From Spirochaetia bacterium (lineage in GTDB: Bacteria > Spirochaetota > Spirochaetia > UBA9216), in the NCBI GenBank assembly GCA_963677925.2, contig CAXXYH010000003.1, positions 800,001 to 864,000 on the forward strand: a stretch of 64,000 nt of DNA. Direction: 5' to 3'. Positions 10,929-20,297 of this stretch are shown here, one piece after another; the stretch's first letter is position 1; every line of letters begins with the position of its first letter. The translations under genes and the position numbers were made by a program. The notes under the pieces are model-generated. The model was given only the letters and a program-made list of their open reading frames with translations, ran no database searches and had not been told where the DNA came from.

Positions 10929-12426
10929 TGATGAGCAGCTTTTCAGAGAAGGCCTGGTAGCTGATGTAAACTGGGACAGGATAGGTATGTCGGTTGCCGG
11001 ACTTGCATCCGACGGCAGGGAAGCCCTTGAGATGGTAAGGATGCATAAGCCTGATATAGTAGTAACGGATATCAGAATGCCCTACATCGACGGGCTTGAG
11101 TTTATATCGGAAGCAAAAGAAATTAAACCTGATATTCACTTCATTATAATAAGCGGCCATGATGAATTCGAATACGCCAGAAAGGCAGTCAGGCTCGGAG
11201 TCTCTGAATTCCTTCTAAAACCGCTTGATGATTATGAACTGGAGAACGCTCTTCTCAAAAGAAAAGAACTTATAGACAAAAACAGAAAAACAAGCATAGA
11301 AAATACCCTCCGTGATATCCTTCTCAGACTTGAAAAGAGGGCGGATTTCAACAGCAGCGATAACTTCCGGATAATTGTGATACAGATGGATGATTATAAT
11401 ACATCCACCGGAAATGCAGAGGATTTCTACAAATGTCTGGAAAGGCATACAGCTTCCGCAGAAAATATCTTTGTACTTGAAAGAAGAAACGGCGAACTTA
11501 TAATCACTGTTTCAGCACCTAACGGGTCGCTGCTGGCTAAAAATACAAGAAATCTTATAAAAACCCTTAGAGGTGATGATTTCTGCAGCAAGTATTCAAT
11601 TACCATAGGGATTGGAGACCCGGTAGAGGGCATCGAAAACCTTAACACATCACGCATCACTGCAGAAAATGCAGTATCAAGAAAATTCCTGAAAGGAAAG
11701 AACATGACCTTCTTCCATGAAGATCATGAAGATGAAAAGCTTGAGGAAAATACCGAATCAAATGCCTTCGATTACAGTATTATCCTGTCCGCTCTAAAAA
11801 CCGGAAATGCCGAGGAGCTGGGCAGCTGCATAGAATCGCTCATCAAGAATACGGCAAGAATGGGCAAGGACTCATTTGCCTACGGACTGATGATAACCGG
11901 AAATATATTTTCTGAATCTCTTAAAATAGTGGATCTTGCAGGCGGCTCATCAGCTGAACTTTTTGAAAATGCCATGGAAGTCTACCGGCAGATTACTTCG
12001 CGTCCAACCATGGAAGAGATGTTCAACGAATTGAAAAAGAATCTGAGCATGATTATGTCATATCTTTCAATGAGGCGCGGCGGAAGCCAGCAGCTCCTGC
12101 TCGACAAGGTAATTGCCCACATGAAACAGAATCTGTCGGACAGTTCCTTAAGTCTTCAGGGCACTGCGGATAAATTCAACATCAGCAGCGGCCATTTGTG
12201 CAATATTTTCAGCAACTACGGTGATGAAACCTTCAAGGAAATGCTTACCAGATTTCGAATTCAGAAAGCCCAGGATTTGATTGCCGCATCAGATTTCATG
12301 ATTTATGAAATATGCTATGAAGTCGGCTACAACAATCCTGCATATTTCAATTCTGTATTTAAAAAACAAACAGGATTGAGTCCCGGAGCCTATAAAAAGA
12401 AAATTACAGGCGGAAACCTTAAATAA
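10906..12426 (+). CDS. YesN-type response regulator (REC + AraC HTH)
   Basis: IADDE, TDIRMP, FLLKP; C-terminal VGYNNPAYFNSVFKK. Confidence 0.92.
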   Translation: MIKVVIADDEQLFREGLVADVNWDRIGMSVAGLASDGREALEMVRMHKPDIVVTDIRMPYIDGLEFISEAKEIKPDIHFIIISGHDEFEYARKAVRLGVSEFLLKPLDDYELENALLKRKELIDKNRKTSIENTLRDILLRLEKRADFNSSDNFRIIVIQMDDYNTSTGNAEDFYKCLERHTASAENIFVLERRNGELIITVSAPNGSLLAKNTRNLIKTLRGDDFCSKYSITIGIGDPVEGIENLNTSRITAENAVSRKFLKGKNMTFFHEDHEDEKLEENTESNAFDYSIILSALKTGNAEELGSCIESLIKNTARMGKDSFAYGLMITGNIFSESLKIVDLAGGSSAELFENAMEVYRQITSRPTMEEMFNELKKNLSMIMSYLSMRRGGSQQLLLDKVIAHMKQNLSDSSLSLQGTADKFNISSGHLCNIFSNYGDETFKEMLTRFRIQKAQDLIAASDFMIYEICYEVGYNNPAYFNSVFKKQTGLSPGAYKKKITGGNLK

Positions 12427-12481
12427 TTATAAGAATTTGTTAAATAACTGAATTTACACCTCAATTTCACAGTCATATAAT
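12419..12481 (+). promoter_or_regulatory. Sigma70-type promoter of the TRAP operon with upstream direct repeats
   Basis: TTTACA (12453-58)-17 nt-TATAAT (12476-81); TTAAATAA repeats at 12419 and 12440, 21 bp apart. Confidence 0.55.
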
Positions 12482-12518
12482 CTCAACACTAATCCAGTTA
12501 CAATTTTTCGGAGATGAT

Positions 12519-13028
12519 ATGGCTAAAAAAAAGAATATCTTATATTCCGCCGATTCTCTTCTGACTACTGTTTTTTTCATAGTACTGATCTTCTTACTTA
12601 GTATGCAGATTTTCCTGCGTTATGTAGTAAATAAATCAGTCAGCTGGTCAGAAGAAGTGTCGAGATGGTTTTTTATATGGATTATCTACTTCGGCTGCAT
12701 GCTTGGTGCCAGAGAAGATAAACATATCAGAGTTACAGTTCAGCTGAATAAACTTCCAGTGAAAATACAGAAAATAGTAATTACCATTGGTGATATTATC
12801 TGGACAGTATTCTCACTTGTTATGGGAACCCTGGGGGTAATGATGGTTGCTGAAATGTTTGAATTTCCTATCCGTTCCAATACAACCGGAATCAATATGG
12901 TAGCTATTTACGCAATTATTCCGCTGTCCTTTATCACAATGGCGGCCTGGGTAATTGTTAATATGATTCGAAGACTGAAAAGTCATGATGATTTTGAAAT
13001 CACTGACTCCAGACTTGGTGTGGATTAA
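12519..13028 (+). CDS. dctQ: TRAP transporter small permease
   Basis: 4 TM; WSEEVSR, HIRV motifs. Confidence 0.92.
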   Translation: MAKKKNILYSADSLLTTVFFIVLIFLLSMQIFLRYVVNKSVSWSEEVSRWFFIWIIYFGCMLGAREDKHIRVTVQLNKLPVKIQKIVITIGDIIWTVFSLVMGTLGVMMVAEMFEFPIRSNTTGINMVAIYAIIPLSFITMAAWVIVNMIRRLKSHDDFEITDSRLGVD

Positions 13029-13037
13029 GGGAGTTAA

Positions 13038-14321
13038 GTGATGGTTATACTTATAATTACGGTTATTTTCATTGTTGCCCTGCTTGCAGGTGTTCCTGTT
13101 GCAGTTTCTCTCGGTGTTGCATCAATTACCGGATTTCTTATGGCCGGTATGCCTCTGAGCTATATGGCGCAGACTGCATTCGACGCCGTGAATGATTTTA
13201 CAGTTATAGCAGTTCCAATGTTCGTTCTTGCAGGTTCCATTATGGAAAGAGGAGGCCTGACGGAACGGCTTGTCGGTTTTGCACGCGCTGTAATAGGTAA
13301 TGTCTCAGGCGGGCTGGCAATGGTTGCAGTTCTGGCTTGCACACTTTTTGCTGCAATTTCCGGTTCCGGTGTTGCCACCACAGCAGCAATCGGTGCAATG
13401 CTTATTCCAACAATGGTAAATGAAGGCTACAAGAAAGAGTTTGCAGGTGCGGTAACTGCCTGCGCAGGCGGAATCGGTGCGGTAATACCGCCGAGTATCC
13501 TGATGATAATCTATGGGGTTTCGGCCGAAGCCTCTATTACAAGAATGTTCATCAGCGGTATTATTCCGGGTCTTATTCTTGGACTCTTTCTCATCCTGGC
13601 AGTTTTCTTTGTCAGCCGGAAAAGAGGCTACAAGTCCGGAACCGGCAAAGCAAGCAAAAAAGATCTGCTGAAGAGCATCTGGAATGCAAAATGGGCCCTT
13701 CTTGCTCCGGTAATTATTCTTGGAGGAATCTACACCGGAGTAGTTACAGTCACGGAGGCTTCTGTTATTGCAGTCCTCTACTCCCTGTTCATCTCAGTAG
13801 TAGTTTACCGTGATTATTCATGGAAGGAGTTCCGCAACTCTGTTGTGGATGCAACAAAGACATCAGGAACAGTTCTTATAGTTATGGCTACAGGAACCAT
13901 GCTTGGACGTCTGCTTTCAATCTATCAGATACCGCAGCTCACATCAGAATTCCTTATTACCCATATAAAGAATCCGATACTGCTTATACTCATGATAGAT
14001 TTTCTTCTCATTTTTATCGGTATGTGGATGGAAAGCGCTACACAGATTATTATTCTCACTCCGCTGCTGCTTCCTGTTGTAACCAGCCTTGGAATCGATC
14101 CGGTACAGTTCGGAATAATGTTTGTTATTGCCTGTGAAATAGGATTTGAAACACCGCCGCTTGGAATCAACCTTTTTGTGGCAAGTGAAATATCCAAATC
14201 CAGCATAGAAGGAATCAGTAAGGAAGCGCTTATCTTTGTCGGAGTCGAAAGTGCTGCCCTTATAATGGTGAGCTTAATACCGCAAATAACATCATTTCTG
14301 CCCAACCTTATTGGTATGTAG
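13038..14321 (+). CDS. dctM: TRAP transporter large permease
   Basis: AVPMFVLAG, ISGSGVAT, IPPSI, TPPLG motifs. Confidence 0.94.
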   Translation: MMVILIITVIFIVALLAGVPVAVSLGVASITGFLMAGMPLSYMAQTAFDAVNDFTVIAVPMFVLAGSIMERGGLTERLVGFARAVIGNVSGGLAMVAVLACTLFAAISGSGVATTAAIGAMLIPTMVNEGYKKEFAGAVTACAGGIGAVIPPSILMIIYGVSAEASITRMFISGIIPGLILGLFLILAVFFVSRKRGYKSGTGKASKKDLLKSIWNAKWALLAPVIILGGIYTGVVTVTEASVIAVLYSLFISVVVYRDYSWKEFRNSVVDATKTSGTVLIVMATGTMLGRLLSIYQIPQLTSEFLITHIKNPILLILMIDFLLIFIGMWMESATQIIILTPLLLPVVTSLGIDPVQFGIMFVIACEIGFETPPLGINLFVASEISKSSIEGISKEALIFVGVESAALIMVSLIPQITSFLPNLIGM

Positions 14322-14364
14322 CGGAAATGATTTTATATGAAATATAATATAAGAGGAGGATCTT

Positions 14365-15402
14365 ATGAAAAGAAGAACAGGTATTATCCTGTTAACAGCA
14401 GCATTAATTTTCAGCATTGCTGCAGGTAACGTTTTTGCAGGAGGAGATCAGGAAGCTTCATCAGGAGCAGCTGATTCCGGAAAAGTTTACACACTTAAAC
14501 TCGCTCACGGTGTTACTACTTCAGACCCGCTTCAGCCGGCTGCCGAAAAGTTCAAGGAACTTGTAGAAAGCTATACTGAAGGAAGAGTAAAAGTTGAACT
14601 CTATCCTAACGGACAGCTTGGTGATGAGCAGGAAATAGTTCAGTCACTCCGATCAGGCGCTATTGAAGCCGGTATTGTTTATACAGGTAATGCTCAGTCA
14701 CTTGCACCTTCAATCGGTGTTGTTATGCTTCCCTACCTTTTCAAAAACAGTGAAGAAGCATGGTACGCACTTGATGCAGTTGTTCCCGGAATGAACGAAA
14801 GAATTATCAAGGAAGCAGGAATCAGAAACCTCGGTTTCTTTGAAAAAGGATTCAGAGTTCTTACCAATTCTAAAAAACCTGTAGAGACTATTGATGATCT
14901 TAAGGGTCTTAAAATCCGTGTAAGTCCTTCAGAACTACCCATAAAGACTTTCAAGTCCTGGGGAATAGATCCGGTTCCCATGGCATGGGGTGAAGTATTT
15001 ACCGCACTTCAGCAGGGTGTAATTGACGGACAGGAAAACCCTTATACAACTATTCCAGCTGTTAAGTTCGAAGAAGTTCAGAAATACGTAACAGAAATTC
15101 ACTATATGCTTTGGACAGGACCACTTCTTATCAGTGAAAAATTCTACAGCAAACTTCCTGCAGATCTTCAGGAACAGGTAGCAAAAGCCGGAAAGGATGC
15201 AGTAACCTGGGAAAGAGCATTTGCAGCAGGTCTTAAGGACGAAGCTATAAAGAAGTGTATCGATGCAGGAATGATTCTCAGCGGTGCTCCTAAAGATGAA
15301 GAAGTGTGGCAGCAGAATGCTCAGTCAATCTGGCCTGATTTCTACGATGGCGTAGGCGGAAAAGCCTGGGTTGATGAAGCTCTCGGAGTAATGTTCGAAT
15401 AA
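14365..15402 (+). CDS. dctP: TRAP substrate-binding protein
   Basis: Signal peptide; YPNGQLG, DLKGLKIRV (carboxylate-binding Arg), LQQGVIDGQEN. Confidence 0.94.
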   Translation: MKRRTGIILLTAALIFSIAAGNVFAGGDQEASSGAADSGKVYTLKLAHGVTTSDPLQPAAEKFKELVESYTEGRVKVELYPNGQLGDEQEIVQSLRSGAIEAGIVYTGNAQSLAPSIGVVMLPYLFKNSEEAWYALDAVVPGMNERIIKEAGIRNLGFFEKGFRVLTNSKKPVETIDDLKGLKIRVSPSELPIKTFKSWGIDPVPMAWGEVFTALQQGVIDGQENPYTTIPAVKFEEVQKYVTEIHYMLWTGPLLISEKFYSKLPADLQEQVAKAGKDAVTWERAFAAGLKDEAIKKCIDAGMILSGAPKDEEVWQQNAQSIWPDFYDGVGGKAWVDEALGVMFE

Positions 15403-15418
15403 TCAGAATTAATTTATA

Positions 15419-15451
15419 GCATCCGTCGGCTCTTCCGACGGATGTTTTTTT
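15419..15451 (+). terminator. Rho-independent terminator after dctP
   Basis: CATCCGTCGG-ctctt-CCGACGGATG followed by T7. Confidence 0.85.
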
Positions 15452-15511
15452 CTTGCAGACTATATAAACCTGTGTTACGGTTAGACAATACATCAAAAAT
15501 GCAGGTTTAAT

Positions 15512-17318
15512 ATGAAAATTTATCCAACTTCAATAATCCACATCACACTATCGATCTTGTTTCTGTTAATTCCATCCACCTATGGTTTTTCCCAGGAAAA
15601 ATCAAGAGTCGCAATTCTTCCATTTGAAGCAAGAGAAGTCTCCCAGTCAGAATCACAGGTAATAACAGAACTTTTTGAAACTGCATTAGTGAAAACAGGT
15701 GTCTATAATATTATCGAACAAAACCAAATTGAAGCCATTGCTGAAGCTCAGGCGTACTCTCTTTCCGGTTGTGTTGACGATTCATGCGCAGTTGAAGTAG
15801 GAAAACTTCTTTCTGCTGAATTGATTGTGATCGGAACCATTTCAAAAGTTGGGAATAAATATATAGCAAATTCCAAGATAATTGATGTTGCCCTGGGAAA
15901 GAATATAAAGGCTGATTCTGTCTCTGCAGATAATCTGGCAGAAATGACTGAAACAAAAATCAGTTTTCTTGCATTTAAACTTGCAGGTCTGACTTATTCT
16001 GAAAATGGAAATGAACAGATAGCCTCTAATTTCGGTGAAATATATGTCGGCACAGACCCACCCGGTGCTGAAGTCTTTGTTAACGGTATGCGTAGAGGAA
16101 CAAGTCCAATGGTGGTAGAGAAAATTCCTTTCGGACAGGTAGTTGTCAATGTAAAGAAAGGGAATATGGTAGCCGAAGGTTCGATCACTATCAATTCCTC
16201 AGATTTAATTGAACTTGATCTAAAATTAGAGGTCGCATTAGGACGTTTGTTTATAAAAAGCAATGATCAAAATCTTATAGTATCACTGGACGAAAGAGAT
16301 CTAGGAGTACTTGGAAGCGGAATATTCCGAGACATAGGCACAGGTGAACACATACTGTCTCTTCGGGGTGAGGGCATGTATTATGAAGAAAGAATCACTA
16401 TAGACGAAGGTAAAAAGGACAACTATTGAGGCATATCCTAGTCCCATAGGTAAAATTTCATATAAACTTCCCGAGGGAGTTCAACTCTCAGTGACAGGAG
16501 GCAGAAACAGTTATAAAAATCTTCAAGGCTCTGGTGAATTAGAAAATGTTTTCACAGGAAGATACAAGCTTAATTTTATCCCTCAGAATGTCTCATTTCC
16601 CGAAGATGAATTACTACTCCTGAAAGGTTCAACATTATCAATTATTCCCGAAGAATATTTCAGGGAGAAAGTTGATAGTATCAACCGAAGCATGAAATCT
16701 CAGGATGACAATTTTTTTAAACTAAACACACAAGCAGCAGAACTGGAGAACGATCTGCATCTGCTTGGTGAAGCAGGAATCAAATACTCAGGAACTGATT
16801 CTATAATCCAGACAATGAAACAGCAATTACAGCTGTATGGGGATATTAAAAGTAAGAGGAATGAATTAAGCGGAATAAATGAACAATTAAGTTCATTAAA
16901 GTCAGAACGTGAAAATATCGAACCTTATTTTAAGAGTGCTAATTTCCAAAAGAATATATATCCATGGATATCAATACCTATCGGCACTGGTTTCCTTGGA
17001 TTAGGTTTTTATACAATAATAGCATCTGCAATAGAAGGATATGATCTTGAGGTTTCAACTATAGTTATTGGAGTAGGAGGTGTCGGTCTGGGAATTACCG
17101 GGCTTGTAACTGGAATTGTATTTGGTGCAGACACATTTGAAGATCCTGGCCCATCTGTTGCATCTGAATACCGTTCTGAAATTATTAAAAAGGGACAAAG
17201 TTTAAATAGATGGCCTGAAATCCAGAATGAAGAACGTGTTCTCACTGAAAAGAAATTTATAGTTGAAAACGAATTAAGCATACTTGAGAATGAATACAAC
17301 ACAGAATATGCGGAGTAG
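15512..17318 (+). pseudogene. CsgG/TolB-N-like + PEGA-domain protein with C-terminal coiled coil and hydrophobic hairpin; one +1 frameshift at ~16412-16418 (real or sequencing error)
   Basis: RVAILPF...CAVEVGKLLSAELIVIG and PEGA motif TDPPGAEVFVNG; removing one base of the A5 run reads EGKRTTIEAYPSPIGKISYKLPEGVQLSVTGGRN into ORF 16491..17318. Confidence 0.7.
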
Positions 17319-17389
17319 CTATAATTTTCTCCTTTGTGCGGGACATTTACTGTATTTTGAAAAGAATCTACGAACAGTAAGATGAAAAT

Positions 17390-17426
17390 AAAAAAGGGCT
17401 GACTTCTATGGAGTCAGCCCTTTTTT
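17390..17426. terminator. Bidirectional Rho-independent terminator
   Basis: A6-GGGCTGACTTC-tat-GGAGTCAGCCC-T6 between convergent genes. Confidence 0.85.
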
Positions 17427-17440
17427 ATAATATTCTATTA

Positions 17441-18259
17441 TTACCAGCCGCCGGAAGCTCCGCCCCCGCCAAAGCCTCCTCCGCCTCCGGAGAATCCTCC
17501 GAAACCGCCGCCCCCGCCGAAGCCGCTGCTTCCGCCAAAGCCTCCGCGATGAGATCTGCCCGAAGATCCGAGCATAGAACCCCAGAAAAGTGCCGACCAC
17601 AGACTTCCGCGCCGTCCTCTTCTGCCTCCACGCCCGCCTCTACCGATAGAGGACAGGATTATAAAAATAATAAATACAATAAATCCGAACGGAATACCGC
17701 CTCCGCTGCTGGATGAAGAACTCTGTGTTTTTCGGTATTTAGCCAGCTCTTCTTCTGAAATGTCGGAAGTTTGTGTAATAACACCGCTTACCCTTGTAAC
17801 GGCAGCGTATAAGCCTCCGGCATAATCACCGTTCCTAAAGTAAGGAAGCATAACTTCACGGATAATATATCCTGATTTAGCATCAGTCATGACACCTTCA
17901 AGACCGTATCCAACCTCAATTCTGACTTTCTTCTCTCCGGTAGACAGTAAAATCAAAAGACCGTTATCCCTGTCAGCCTGTCCTAGCTTCCATGTTTCTG
18001 CAACCTTCAGCGAATACTCTTCTATAGAAGTGCCTTCAAGACTTTTAACTGTCAGAAGTGCAACCTGAGCAGAGGTGGAACTTTCCAAATCAACAATAAT
18101 CTTCTCTATTTCAGTTTTCTGCGAACGTGAGAGAACTCCTGCATCATCTACAACCGGACCGTCAAGTTTAGGAATGCTCAGACCGAACAGTACCGGCCCC
18201 GTAATAAAAAGAAGTAAACAGACTGCAAGGATTGTTCTAATTTTAATTTTTATTCTCAT
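17441..18259 (-). CDS. TPM-domain protein (YgcG-like) with Gly-rich tail
   Basis: VVDDAGVLS, RIEVGYGLEG, terminal GGGFGGGGASGGW. Confidence 0.92.
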   Translation of the reverse strand: MRIKIKIRTILAVCLLLFITGPVLFGLSIPKLDGPVVDDAGVLSRSQKTEIEKIIVDLESSTSAQVALLTVKSLEGTSIEEYSLKVAETWKLGQADRDNGLLILLSTGEKKVRIEVGYGLEGVMTDAKSGYIIREVMLPYFRNGDYAGGLYAAVTRVSGVITQTSDISEEELAKYRKTQSSSSSSGGGIPFGFIVFIIFIILSSIGRGGRGGRRGRRGSLWSALFWGSMLGSSGRSHRGGFGGSSGFGGGGGFGGFSGGGGGFGGGGASGGW

Positions 18260-18262
18260 ACG

Positions 18263-18937
18263 TCAATCCTCCAGGAAAATTATGCCGTCGGGAAGTTCAT
18301 TTATATCGTCTTTTTGAACAGGAAAATGTTTCTCAAGCTCTTCACCGCATTTATTGATAGCCTTTACCAGCCCTGCTGCAGCCTTTCCGGCCTTTATGTC
18401 TGATACAACATCCTTTAAAACAGTATCCCAGAAACCGGGGTCTACTTTTCCGTCAATGCCGCTGTCAGCAAGTATCTCAAGCCGTCTCTCTCTCAGAGAC
18501 AGATAAAATAAGATTCCGGTTCGATCAGCCGTCATACGTATTCCCGATTCGGAAAAACAGGCCAGAGCACGTCTGTGGACCTTTTTACTTATCACTTCTG
18601 AAGGGACTATTATTCTGTCAAAGCCGGGAATATTCGCAAGAAAGTAGAAAATACTGACAACTGCTGCAGTGCTGAGTCCGTAAAAAAGCGGTATCCACCA
18701 CATCTGCGGATTCCAGGTGAATCCGTTTATCCAGGTGCTTACCGGTTTATAGAGAAGCAGCATTACTATGAAATAGACAGCACCTGTAATTAGAGAGAAC
18801 ATCAGCTCATAATAGTTATAATCTGAACTTTCCCTTATAACAGCTGTTACAACCTCACCTGAACTCTTTTTTTCAACAGCAGCCGCAGCCTCATTTATTT
18901 GTTTAATTTCATCATCTGTTAATCTGAATGATTTCAT
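18263..18937 (-). CDS. TPM-domain membrane protein
   Basis: EKKSSGEV, RTGILFYLS..ERRLEILADSGI, NELPD; located between lemA and ygcG-like gene. Confidence 0.88.
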   Translation of the reverse strand: MKSFRLTDDEIKQINEAAAAVEKKSSGEVVTAVIRESSDYNYYELMFSLITGAVYFIVMLLLYKPVSTWINGFTWNPQMWWIPLFYGLSTAAVVSIFYFLANIPGFDRIIVPSEVISKKVHRRALACFSESGIRMTADRTGILFYLSLRERRLEILADSGIDGKVDPGFWDTVLKDVVSDIKAGKAAAGLVKAINKCGEELEKHFPVQKDDINELPDGIIFLED

Positions 18938-18946
18938 GAAACCTTC

Positions 18947-19555
18947 CTAAAATTCTACTTTCGGAGCAGTTTCTGCACCGCTTGAAGCTTCAAAATACGG
19001 TTTTTCCCTGAAGCCTGAAAGATTGGCAATTATCATCCTGGGGAACTGCTTAATATAAGTGTTATAAGTTCGTACCTGCTCATTGAAACGCTGTCGTTCC
19101 ACTGCTATACGGTTTTCAGTGCCTTCAAGCTGATCCTGCAGTGCCAGAAAGTTCTGATTCGACTTTAATTCAGGATAATTCTCTGTGACAACAAGAAGAC
19201 GCTGGAGAGCCCCGCTTAATTCTCCCTGTGCCTGCTGGAATCTCTCGAATGATTCAGGGTTATTCAGAACTTCGTCGGATATATTCATAACACCCCCGGC
19301 TCTGGATCTGGCCTCGGTAACTGCGGTTAAAGTATCTTTTTCCTGTGCAGCATATCCTTTAACGGTTTCTACAAGATTAGGAATCAGATCAAATCTTCTC
19401 TGATAAACATTTTCAACCTGACTCCAGCTGGATTTTACTCCTTCATCAAGTGCTACCATCCTGTTATAGGTTCCTGCAAATGAACCGTAAATAATAAGGA
19501 CTATAACTACAATAATACCTACCGGGATAAGCCATTTCATGCCCTTTCCTGCCAT
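18947..19555 (-). CDS. lemA: LemA family protein
   Basis: YQRRFDLIPNLVETVKGYA, ENYPELKSNQNF, LEGTENRIAVER. Confidence 0.95.
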   Translation of the reverse strand: MAGKGMKWLIPVGIIVVIVLIIYGSFAGTYNRMVALDEGVKSSWSQVENVYQRRFDLIPNLVETVKGYAAQEKDTLTAVTEARSRAGGVMNISDEVLNNPESFERFQQAQGELSGALQRLLVVTENYPELKSNQNFLALQDQLEGTENRIAVERQRFNEQVRTYNTYIKQFPRMIIANLSGFREKPYFEASSGAETAPKVEF

Positions 19556-19635
19556 TTAAATCTCCTGTAATTTATAAATTATTTTATTTATCAGATTACC
19601 TGATAATACATAGTACAATTAAATACACCGAATAT

Positions 19636-19998
19636 TCACTGCATATTAAGCATAGCGCCGGAAATATAAGGTATAAGCCAGATTATCCAGACAATGATAC
19701 TGAAGCGGTGAAAAGTTTTCTTCATTTTTTCATTTTTTTTGATGATAACAATCGTAGCCCACAAGGCATGAAAAATCATAAGTATTATTGCTATTAAACC
19801 GGTTAAAGCATGCAGATTGAGGCTTATTGCACCGGCAACAGCCGACATAGCTGCAGTTCCGACAGTATCAAAAACAAGCCCGGCCCAGAACATTGAGAGA
19901 TTCCAGACTTTAAGTCCGCCTGACAGTTTTTCACCCCATACTCCGATCGTATAAAAAACCAGGGCCAGTGTTATTGATATAATTGCAGGTATAAGCAA
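19636..19998 (-). CDS. HsmA-family (TIGR03987-like) 4-TM membrane protein
   Basis: ALVFYTIGVWGEK, FWAGLVFDTVGT, two intramembrane His, FHRFSIIVW; TTG start with AGGAG SD. Confidence 0.78.
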   Translation of the reverse strand: MLIPAIISITLALVFYTIGVWGEKLSGGLKVWNLSMFWAGLVFDTVGTAAMSAVAGAISLNLHALTGLIAIILMIFHALWATIVIIKKNEKMKKTFHRFSIIVWIIWLIPYISGAMLNMQ

Positions 19999-20084
19999 AT
20001 CGATACTCCTATTGTATCAATATACCTAGTATATTTTTTATAATCAACAAAAGAGATTTCAATTTATTTTGGACATTTTGTGTA

Positions 20085-20113
20085 TTGCAGTGCAGTGTCC
20101 TAGGTTATATAAT
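20085..20113 (+). promoter_or_regulatory. Sigma70-type promoter of a small non-coding transcript
   Basis: TTGCAG (20085-90)-17 nt-TATAAT (20108-13). Confidence 0.7.
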
Positions 20114-20119
20114 CTTATT

Positions 20120-20192
20120 AAGGAAAATTCTGATTCTCCTCTTTCAGGATTTTTCCGGCTGTTCGGGTGTTACCCGGGCAGCCTTTTTTTTT
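20120..20192 (+). ncRNA. Candidate ~70-nt sRNA: hairpin with anti-SD loop plus intrinsic terminator
   Basis: Stem GGAAAAUUCUGA/UCAGGAUUUUUCC with loop UUCUCCUCUU; terminator GGCUGUUCGGGU-GUU-ACCCGGGCAGCC-U9; no ORF; both neighbours on the opposite strand. Confidence 0.7.
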
Positions 20193-20244
20193 GTCAAATT
20201 CTGCTTTTTAACCTCATTGATTAACAATTATTATATCTGAGTAT

Positions 20245-20275
20245 AAAAAAACCGCCAGCCTATTGGACTGACGGT
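20245..20275 (-). terminator. Terminator of the crotonase-family gene
   Basis: Minus strand ACCGTCAGTC-caata-GGCTGGCGGT then T run. Confidence 0.75.
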
Positions 20276-20297
20276 CTGAATAATCATAAATATGTGA

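Noticed and set aside
16427-16429. TGA stops at 16427-29, 23912-14 and 25017-19 as possible selenocysteine or readthrough sites
   Set aside because: The coding sequence continues in a different frame, so these are frameshifts rather than in-frame readthrough
17406-17716. Ala/Ser-rich and Arg-rich ORFs and GGC repeats
   Set aside because: Alternative frames of the normal Gly-rich tail of the TPM protein
17441-19555. lemA-TPM-TPM cluster as a novel system
   Set aside because: Widespread, known gene cluster
20100-20245. Type I toxin-antitoxin interpretation of the sRNA
   Set aside because: No small hydrophobic ORF overlaps it; the antisense AAGAGGAG is not followed by a usable start codon and ORF
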